A stretch of DNA of 64,000 nucleotides from Proteromonas lacertae (lineage: Eukaryota): contig NGBS01001192.1 of the NCBI GenBank assembly GCA_002245135.1, forward strand, positions 1 through 64,000. Direction: 5' to 3'. The position numbers and the translations under genes are program-made. This document shows positions 53,691-64,000 of this stretch, in pieces (position 1 is the stretch's first letter; each line of letters starts with the position of its first letter). The notes below the pieces were generated by a model, which was given only the letters and a program-made list of their open reading frames with translations, was not told the origin of the DNA and searched no databases.

Positions 53691-54984
53691 ATGAGTGATA
53701 CTTTGCCAGGTATTGCATCTATTATTATTTTTATTGTAGAAGCACCTAATACTAACCCAGTAATTGTTACTGGAAACACTGAAACTCTTGTAATAGCAGC
53801 GGCTGGTTTCATTTTTGGATGGGTAGCTCAAAAGAGCAGAGTATTCAACCCAGGACATATAAAGCACCAATTTCAATTCACAAATTGGGTATAATTGAAT
53901 TAATTATACCTCATTTATAGATTATGCTTAAATTTTTCATTAGCGCAACAGTGACAAGTCATTTTGTTTATTCATTTTTAGCTTATTATAACCCTCAAAA
54001 ATTTCAAACAATTCAAAACAAGAAAAGAATTTTAGTAAATAATGGTTTACAACCAGCAATTTTCGGTGGATGTTTAGCAGGAATTGGAATGTACTTAAGT
54101 GGTGCATGTCCAGGAATGGTCTATATTCAATTTTCAAATGGAATTAGATTTTCAATATTCACTTTAGTCGGTTGTTTTATTGGAGCATTAGTATATGGAT
54201 TGATGAGTGATAGTATACATAGAAAATATGATAAAAATAATTAAATAATAGAAATTGAAAAGAAAATGACAAAACAGAATTCAAAAGCAAGAATTGCATG
54301 TTTAGATGAATATTTCCAACTCCCATTTTACCATGTAGCACCAATATTTGCATTGATTTTATTATTCTTCTTAATTATTATCGAATACAAGTTCCCTTGG
54401 AGAAATGATCTTGATATAACTGTTGAAGAAGATGCTGAGACGATATTTGAACAATCTGCTTGGAATCCAATCGTATAATATTATACTACATATATTAATA
54501 TAATTAATAGTATTGTGGAATAATTGTTGGTCTATTACAGATTCCAATTGCTTTAATGAGTGAATCTTCATTAGGAACGTATTTAAATATAATTATATAA
54601 TATTTTAATAGTTCTTCTTCCTATATCACATTAATTAGTCAATTTTACAATGGAAATGATTATTTCAACAAATTCAGAAGTGGTTGGAATAACTGGTGGC
54701 AAGTATTGTTTATGGTTTGCGCATTATTTGGTGGATATATGAGTTATGATTTAATCGAAAATAAACCTTCAAGTTGGTTAAAGAATAATTTTGTTACACC
54801 AGGATTTGGCTTGATTGGAGGATTTTTATTGCTATTTGGATCAAGGCTTGGTAGAGGATGTGCTAATGGAAATGGTATAAGTGGTATTGGATTGTTGTCT
54901 ACTTATGGATTTTTGTTTACTATTTCGATGTTTACTTGTGCTATATTGACTGGTATGATTTGTAGATTGGTTAAATTGCCTTGA
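53691..54984 (+). CDS. YeeE/YedE (TsuA-like) sulfur-compound transporter
   Basis: GFIFGWVAQKSRV, GIGMYLSGACPG, LLFGSRLGRGCANGNGISG; multiple TM segments. Confidence 0.85.
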
Positions 54985-55356
54985 TTTTACTATCATTAAG
55001 GTTTATTGATTTTATTTGAATTGTGTTTGTGAAATGATATAACGAGAATAACCAAAATTATATACACTAATATTATAAGGATTTGTATATTACTTAAATT
55101 ATTAAATACGCATCTTTTGCTAAAGTAACAGGTTTATATGGATGAAATATACCTCAATATTATGTTAACCCCCATATTTTTCATCTTTAACCTAACACTA
55201 AACTTATATTTTATTAAGTAAATATAAACTCACAAAACATATCTATAAAATCCTAATATAATAAAAACAATCCGAAAAACACTTCCAAAAAAAAGTGATG
55301 AGACAATGAGAAATCACAAAAAACACAAAGAAACAGAAATTGTTATTCAAATTGTT

Positions 55357-58300
55357 ATGATGAAAGACTTATTATTTCTTGCATTACTACTCACATTATG
55401 CAGTTTTTGTATATATTTTACCTATATACTATAGCGCATGGGTATAACTTAAGATCTTCACGAAGATCAAAAGATGAGAAGTGCTACAGATTCAATTTGG
55501 TGAATGAAACCACAAAAATATTCATCATGAAAGATGTTGTAGTAGTTGGAACAACCTTGAAGTACTTATTTGAAGATAAATCTAATGAAACATATTTGAC
55601 TTTGGTATACAATGCATCAAGAACAGTTGACAGTATAATTTTCATATTTACGAATATAGGTCAATCTGTCATCACATTAGAAGATTTAGATTATGAGTCT
55701 TCTGTGGTATTTGCTGCGAAACAACAAGATTTAGCAGATTTAAAACAATATGCACCAGCTGCTGTAGTTGGAGTAGGAATACATCTTAATACAGATGATA
55801 AAGAGTATTTTGCTTCAGAACAACATGCTCAAATCAAAACAAAAATCGAAAACTTATTCAAAAGCATAACTGTGAATGATGGAGATATTGCTATTGCCGC
55901 AAGTTCTACAAATGAGACAATATCTGGTTTAGTTTATAGTATACATATATAAAAGGATTTTTTAATATTATTAGGACTGTGATGGATCCTATCTTCGTAA
56001 AAGAACCTTCAAAACCTCTTGATTTAACAAAATGTTACAAATTTGACCCAGTTGGAGATTATGGCTCATATTATGTTTATCCAGGGAAGAAGCATGTATA
56101 TGGAGGATTAGTATTATTAAATGCTTTAAAAGATGTGAAATTTGAAGGACAATTAGCTATATTAGGTTATATGTTGGATTTTTTAATTGGAAAAACAAGT
56201 TTAGTTGCATCGTATATATAAACATAATCATATAATATAATCTAGAGCTGATATTGATTTTATAAATGTAGAAGACAAGACAAAAATAGATTTAAAATCA
56301 CTAAGACAAGACTCAGGAATAATAGTATCAGATACTGATAGATTAATCTCAACAGCAGTAAATGAATGTTCACCAAAGAAATACATTAATGACTTAATTC
56401 CACTTAGATGATGTAGTAAAAATGGTAAATAACATTTTAACAACAGATAATTCATTAAAAGCCATTCCTATCAATGGCTCCAATTCCACCAAACTTTACA
56501 CTTTCAATTGATATGATATCTTCATTCTATCCAATGGTAATGCAGTTTTTTGATGGTTTATATTTGAATGAAAATGATGAACCAACATTATCACTCGATG
56601 TTGGAGCTGATGTGACAGTTAGAAAAGTTGGTGAATTACTATATTGTAATAAAGTTGCTAATTTAGAGTTAATAGAAATGGGACCAGCAAATCATATTCC
56701 AATTCCAAGTAATAAATGTATAGTCATTCCAAAAATGAATAATATTATGGGCCAATATGTATATTATGATGGAAAAATGTATACAATGATTAACAGTGTA
56801 GATTATGAAGATATTTTGCCTAATGAATTAAAGAATGGTAGTTATTCAATTATTCTATCAGCTGGTTTGAAAATGGATGATTATATGAAGAATATTTCTT
56901 TTAGCTATATTGATAAAAGAAGCACAAAAATAAGAGCATTAGATGCTGATTCGTCTTCTAAATTATCAAATTTAGCAATGAAAGATATATTTATAGGACA
57001 AGATGCTGAATTAGATCAATTTTCATTTGATTTAACCACTGAAATGATAGAAAAATTCCAAAATGAAATTGATACAAATTTTAATGAATTAACACTCTCC
57101 ACAATTCATGATAAAATTTCTTACATTAATTTTGTCAATCAAAAAGATATTGAAGCAAATAGTTATAATAAATATCCACCACCAGAATATATATTAAATG
57201 TAATACCAGTAAGACCATCAGGTACAACACCATTAACAGCAGAAAAGTGTTATAAATTCACAGCTAAACCATATGGTAGTTATTATATTGATCAAAAGAA
57301 TAAAACATTATACGGAGGTTTATTGTTATCAAATGCATTAGCCAAAGTGAAATTACCTATTCCAATTAGTATGTTGGAAGGAATATATATCATTGCAAGT
57401 TTAAAAGTTGATTATATTCGTGAATCTGAAGTTACAAAAATCAATATAACTGGTATATTCAATGATACTTCGATAGTATTTACAGCTCCATCAATGATCA
57501 CTGCTTTATTAGGAGGAATGATAGCAGAAATAGGAGTAATTAATAAACCAATCGAATTACCATTCTTCTTAGAAAATATTGATAAATTAATCACAATGAT
57601 TAAGAATTTGATGGGAAATACAACTTTGCCTATTCCAGATGGACCAATTAGTATTAATAATATTACTGCATTCTTACCAATGGCATATGAATATTTTGAT
57701 GGATTATTTTTAGGTTTAAGTGGAACTCCAAGTTTTATTATTACTGCTATGAATTCTACAGTAGTTGGTTCTGGAAAAGAGATTGATTGTTTAAGTGAAA
57801 AGAAATTAGACTATGATGAAAAAGTTCACTTTAATGGAACTTCTGTTGTTTTTAATCATACAATTGATGGAATTAAAGGAATAGTTCAATTGGATTATGG
57901 TAAAGAAGAAAAAGATTCAAGAATTATATATAAAGTAAATGCAACAGATTATATGGAAGTTTTACCAAGTGTATTAAAGAATGGTACTTTTCAATATGTT
58001 TTAGTGTATTTATAATAATATAAATTTATTTTTATTTTATTTTTTAAATATAGATTTCCAGTTACTGGTTATCATTATAATCAAGGTGGAGATCATGGAA
58101 TGTCATTTGCTGAAAAATATTCAAAAGAAATTGGTGAAAAGTTGTATATAAGAGCATTAGATCAGCAATCAGCAAATATATTAAATTCACTAGGAAATTT
58201 AGAAATAGAAACAGGAAAAGATGAGAGATTGAGAGAATTTTTAAGTGAAGAAAACATAACTTTAATTTATGAAAATATAGCAGAAAATATAAGTAACTGG

Positions 58301-58552
58301 TTTGTTCATACTGCTGCTTATTATTATTATACTGTTCCTGGTTATAGAGGTAAATTCTATATAAATGGCGGTGGTGGTATTAAAGGAGATTATTATGGAT
58401 ATAGTAGTGGTTATGGAGTTTTTGCTTCTCAAATAACTGATTGTCCAGAAATCTCTAAAGATGATTCACAAGATGAAAATAATATTTCATCTCATGTTAC
58501 AATCTCAACAATACTAGGAATAATGATATTATTACTAGTTTTGATGATATAG
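55357..58552 (+). CDS. Large secreted/GPI-like surface protein with internal repeats
   Basis: Signal peptide MMKDLLFLALLLTLC; repeats KCY(R/K)F and YGSYY...YGGL.L.NAL; hydrophobic tail ISTILGIMILLLVLMI*. Confidence 0.75.
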
Positions 58553-58560
58553 AAGATGTA

Positions 58561-58592
<32 letters not shown>

Positions 58593-58943
58593 GTTTTTGA
58601 TGTATATTTTGTTTGTTTATCTTTCTGAAAATAAATAAAGAATATCATTAGATTGTAATTAATAATCAAAAATATGTGCTCTTGTCAATTCTTTCAAAAT
58701 CAAGTATTGTTTTATCTAAACATCTTATATTACAATATCACATTTTTCACAACATTTGGAATGGATAGTCTAGAAATAGCTTTGACATTATAAATTTGAT
58801 TCTCTATAAGTAATATAACATAATAGAATGATAAAAATGTAAATCAATCATGAGAAATTAGCAATAATTGGATCAAGCCACTAAGAAGCTTGAGATCTTT
58901 CTTTCAGTTGGTTGATAAAAAACAGTAATATTGACTAAAATAA

Positions 58944-60758
58944 ATGAATTCCTTTGCTAGTTGGCTGAATGATCACCAATATAAAGTATGTTTTTGGACA
59001 TTTTATTAATTTTATTGTAGTTGATTAATGATTGCCTACTGAAGAATAAAATACCTAAAATTCGAGATTTAAATCATGGTTCAGCCAAATTGTTAAAAAT
59101 AACAAGTATAAACGAACTAGATCAGAAAATAGTGAATGAAGTAGTTGAAACTATGAATAAAATAAACTATATTGGTATAAAAGGTTTAATGAAATACAAA
59201 ATAATCGAAATCTACAATAACTCATTATATCGAGTGATGAAAGAATATAAAGTAAGTTTAGATGATATAAACCCTGTAAACTATTTTGAAGAAAGTGGTC
59301 CATTTGATGTACTGCATGGAATAGTAGAATGCTTAATAGGTCTTCATGAAAATGGAACATTTCACAGTGATTTAAAACCATCAAATATTTTTTTAAATGA
59401 AGAGAATGAAGTGATAATAAGTGATTATTGTAACAATTCATTATATAAAGGAAGAGAAGATTTGATAAGTAGAAGAGGAAAAGACTTATGTTTTATGTGT
59501 ATTGATGAATTATGTGGAGATGAATTAGATATTAGTAGTGATATATGGAATTTTGGATTAATATTATACTACATAAGAAGTAATAATTATCCATTTTATA
59601 ATAAAAACATGTTTCAAATTCTACAGAATATTCGAGATGTTAATTATATTCAATTCCAATATGAAGATAATAAAGAAGTAATTAATTTTTTATCAAAATT
59701 AATACGAGGGAATAAGAATAGTCGTATAAGCATAAATGAATTAATGAATGAATTGAACAGTATAAGAATTATATATATTCTTAAAATATATTTTTTGTTT
59801 AAATAGAACTAAACCAACCAGAACTTGAAGCAGTTAAACAAGATCATCCAGAGGTTAAACCTCAAGCAGTTAATGTAAGAGAAACCGTATTAAATTTAGT
59901 AAAAGAAAACAAACAAGAAGAATTAATTGCATATTTTAACTTATTATTAGACACTAAAATAGGAGATGAAGTAAGGTGTTTAATTTATGTTATGCTTGGT
60001 AATTGTAGTAACAATAAAGTATATTTACGAATAATTATATATATTATTATATTTTTAATAGGAAGAATTTCAAGAAGCACTAAAATATTATGAAACTGGA
60101 TTGAAATATGCAAATAATAATAATAATAAAGAAAAATGTAATAGTAGAATTGGAAATACATATTTTAATATGGTATTGTTATTTATATATATAAAATTAT
60201 AGAAGAAATATGAAGAAGCAATTACTTATTTTAGTACTGCATTAGAATATTCAACAACAAATGAAACGACAGAGTTCATTTATACATGTATAGGAGGATG
60301 TTATTTTGCAATAGTATATATAATAATAATAATAATAGTTATAAATAATTAGAAAAATTATCAATCATCTTTAACATATCATTTAATGGCATTAGAATTA
60401 TGTTCTGATGATAATAATATAGCTGTGTCGAAATATAACATTTCAGAATGTTATTTTCAATTAGGAGATAAAGAAAAATCATTGCTTATCTTAAATGAAG
60501 GAAAAGACTTGTCGACTAGTGCTATGACAAAGTTTTTGTACAATGAAATTAAGGGTAGATATTGTTATGAATGTGTATATATATATATACATTCTAATTA
60601 TTATTATTATTGTGTATGAATAGAAAGAAATGGATGAAGTAAGAAAATGTTTTGAAAATGCTTTAGAATATTTTAAAGATTGTACTGATTTAGAAAAAAA
60701 GTCAAATGAAGACAAAGTGAAGGCTATTCATGATATTATGAGTGAATTAAATAATTAA
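58944..60758 (+). CDS. Divergent protein kinase with C-terminal TPR repeats
   Basis: HSDLKPSNIF and SSDIWNFG present; DFG is DYC and no Gly-rich loop is visible; TPR exons such as EEAITYFSTALEY. Confidence 0.8.
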
Positions 60759-60809
60759 TTCAAAAGATAATAAAACAATATATATATAACATTATTTATT
60801 GTAATAATT

Positions 60810-63800
60810 CTACACCACAACTCTATTATCTCTTTCACTTCTAACTTCATCTTCATATTTTTTCCTCTTCTTTATCAGCACATACACAATAACAACCATC
60901 AACACTAAAAACACGACCAAAGTACATATTGTCACACTCAAAATCAATTCAGAAGAGAAGTTACAATTATTAAACTCCTTTTCCCAATAAGCTTCATTAT
61001 TTGAATTAATCTTACATTTTCTATACTTCAAACCAACTTGATTTTTTCCACAACTTTCTAATATAATAACAATAATATGATATATATATATATAAACATA
61101 CTTTCATTTGCTGTATTTGCTTCAGTTTCTTCCCATTCTCCATCTCTCTTACAATATTGATCTAATATAATACAGAATAATATATAATAAATACTTATAA
61201 TATCAATTGTTATATTCAAAGTAACACTATTTCCTTTCATATTAATTATCTCAAAATCATATACATTTTTAGGTGTTCTTTCTTTACATAATCCACTGAT
61301 AGTTCCTAAATTACTTGATAACTTTAAAAGCGGAGGTAAATCTGGTTTTACTGAATAAGTCAATCCTTCTCCAACAACTGTAAATATCATTCGATTAATC
61401 AATAATTCACCATGAATAAATGACACTTCTTTTTCATAAGATACTATAACTGGATAATCTCGATAAACAAATGTCAATTTAATAATTCCTTGCTTTCTGC
61501 CTTTTCCATTATCAAATATGAATGAATAGTCTTTTTCTCTTTCATTTGGATATTTTAATAATCTTCCACTAATTTTTCCAGTATATCTATTAAACGTTAA
61601 ACCATCTGGTAAAGAAGGATTAACGAAATATTCCATATTTTTTCCTTTTATAATAAACAGTGATAGATCAGTATATAATTCACCCATATAAAAAGTATAT
61701 TGTTCATATATAAACTGTATTACTGGATATGGTAATAAAACAACATTCATTTTAATTATTACACTTTTAGTGTTGTTTTCATTATCTTCTTCGTTTGGAT
61801 TTAGTTTATTTGTACTGATTATTTGATAATCAATCCAATCTTCTTCTTCTACATCTACTACACCACTTATCAAACCATTTTCTTCGTTAATCTTTAAATT
61901 ATCTGGTAAATGTGGAATGGTTCTAATCTTTTTATTCTTTCCAGTTGCTTTTACTAACTCTAAATCAGTATATGTAAAACCTGAATAGTATGTATAGTTA
62001 TCAACTACACTTCGAAGTGTTAAGTAATCAGGTTCTTTGATTATTATAGTGACTTGTAAAACGGCTTGACCAAAGTCATTATTTGCTATAATATTAAACA
62101 GTTTATTTGCATTCTCATCATTTTCATTAGCATTTTCAGCAATTCCATTAACTAAACCAGTTTTAGGATTCATAATTAAATTATAAGGTAATTCTGGCAA
62201 GATTGTGAAATTCAAGTTTTTCCCAATACAATTGAATATTCTTTCATTTGTATATAATGTTCCTGCATAGAAAATTATTGGATTACCAGTCACATTCACA
62301 AACTTTGGCTCGTCTGGCTCGACAACTTCTAAATCTAAAAATAGAGGAGTTTCACCATAATCATTCCAAACAGTAAACTTATACGTTTTCAATTCACTTG
62401 GATCATTTACCTGTCCAAAAATCCAACCAATAGAATCATTAGAAATCTGTAAAGAAAATGGTAATACTGATTCAACTCTAATCTTCATTTTATAACCACT
62501 CAATTCAAATATTTTTTCATTATATCTATTCCCAGCAATATATGTGATTTTATCATAATATTGATGTATTAAATATGGTGGAGTTGGACAAGTATTATCT
62601 ACTTCACTCCAAGTTGGATTTCTACCTGTAGAACAATAATAAGTTCGATTATAACCAACTAAATCAGAGAATGGACATGTTGGAACTATCACATATTCAC
62701 CACTATGAGTAACTGGTAATGTATAATTATATATATATAATTCACTGCAGAAATAACGATGGCATATTCCTAAGTTAATGTCATTGATTGTCATCTTTAA
62801 ATTATTTTGATCTTGTTGTTGTATTTCAGTTATATTGATCATTATTTCATTTCCTACATTCTCTAGAATATTGGTGGAAAAAACTGAACTACTGGATTGT
62901 AAAATATCTTTATTAATTGGTTTATATTCAATATTATCATGATCTGATACAATAATATAAGTATCAACAGTAGAATTTGATTTTGAGGATAATATAATAT
63001 GTTTTGGTTTTTCATTTGGATATAGTCTATCATTATCACTATTAATTCTATAACTTATATTATTGATAAAGTAATAATTTCTTAAACCAAAATCATAGAT
63101 TACATAACTTTCACTATTATATTTTCCATCATTTTCATATACATCACTCCATTGAGTATATATGTTATTATCAAATACATTCTTTACATCATATTGTTGT
63201 TGTTGTATTTGATTATTATTATTATTATTATAAACCCAATTACTTGAATCAATAATTCTCCCACTTTCATGGTTTAATATAAAACAATCATTATCAGAAT
63301 TTAATTCATATAATCTCACTTTTAAATCAGCTGTTTGGATAATTCTATTTATTCCGTTATATATTTCAATACCTAAAACTGGAGGATATCTATTTAACAA
63401 TTCACTTGGTAAAATATATCTTGTTGATATTCTTGTTGAATCTGTTTCTTTTGCTATATCTTCATTTAATTTAACTCCATCTATATAAACAATCAAATTA
63501 CATGAATATTCAATATATAGGTAAAATGAAGGAAAAGAAATATTTGTGGAAGGAATATAAGGTAAAGAAGTACGAATTAATAATCTATTCGTATTTTGAT
63601 CCATAAATTTTTCTATTTTATCAAAATTTGGTATTGTAACATTCTTCCAATTACTGTTTTCATTATTATTAAAAGTAGTTTTATTATACCATAAATTCTC
63701 AATTTCACAATTATCAGGAATAACAAATTCTTCATTACAACTATAAGGGTTAAGATATTCCCATACAGCGTCATCTGTAATAATTGATTCAAAATTAAAT

Positions 63801-64000
63801 TCAATCTCTTTTTCTATTTCATTTAAACTCCATCTACCCATATTTATATTATTAAATATTATCTCAATATAACTACTTCCCCAACCATTCAAACTACTCA
63901 AATCTTTCATTATTAATGTATATTTTCCATCTTTTATACAATATTTATTCTGATAATAATTGTTACTTCTCAAATCTGAGCCTTCTTTTAAGTAATTGAA
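60810..64000 (-). CDS. Type I membrane protein with repeated putative Ig (He_PIG-like) domains and a discoidin-like region (5' truncated)
   Basis: Five LPxxLxxxxxxGxIxG-type repeats, NVFDNNIYTQW motif, Cys-rich juxtamembrane module, TM ILSVTICTLVVFLVLMVVIVYVLI followed by KKRKK. Confidence 0.8.

Noticed and set aside
58561..58592. (TTA)n/(AAT)n and (TA)n microsatellites here and elsewhere
   Set aside because: Ordinary slippage tracts in an AT-rich genome; many just encode poly-N.
1..64000. Stop codons created by polyadenylation, as known in some Blastocystis subtypes
   Set aside because: Every gene I could trace to its end has a genomically encoded TAA, TAG or TGA.
1..64000. Alternative genetic code with stop-codon reassignment
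   Set aside because: Apparent internal stops fall in short introns or follow indels; all three stops terminate conserved genes.

Overview
AT-rich eukaryotic nuclear DNA (GC roughly a quarter, by eye), gene-dense, with many very short (about 25-40 nt) GT-AG introns. The intron sizes, a mastigoneme-type gene and an Ig-repeat surface protein suggest a stramenopile of the Blastocystis/Opalozoa group (inference only). About 35 genes were reconstructed by hand across introns. Housekeeping genes include VPS4, galactokinase, RPL5/RPL14 head-to-head, HSP10, TMEM18, a SET-PHD methyltransferase and a Sec7 ARF-GEF. Local duplicates include SSUH2 x2, FEX fluoride channel x2, EF-hand-like x2 and a kinase-TPR gene plus a pseudogene copy. 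Most notable: (1) a four-copy array (25.6-33.6 kb) of an unrecognised family with a conserved basic Cys/His N-terminal domain, a low-complexity linker and a conserved C-terminal module, i.e. a transcription-factor-like layout; (2) six short U12-type introns with AT-AC, AT-AA and probably AT-AT ends and a non-consensus +6 donor base; (3) a 0-7 kb mosaic of a dispersed non-coding repeat, orphan Sam50 and SERRATE/Ars2 exon fragments and an intronless disrupted ORF. Many single-base frameshifts look like consensus errors. All family assignments come from remembered motifs, not database searches.
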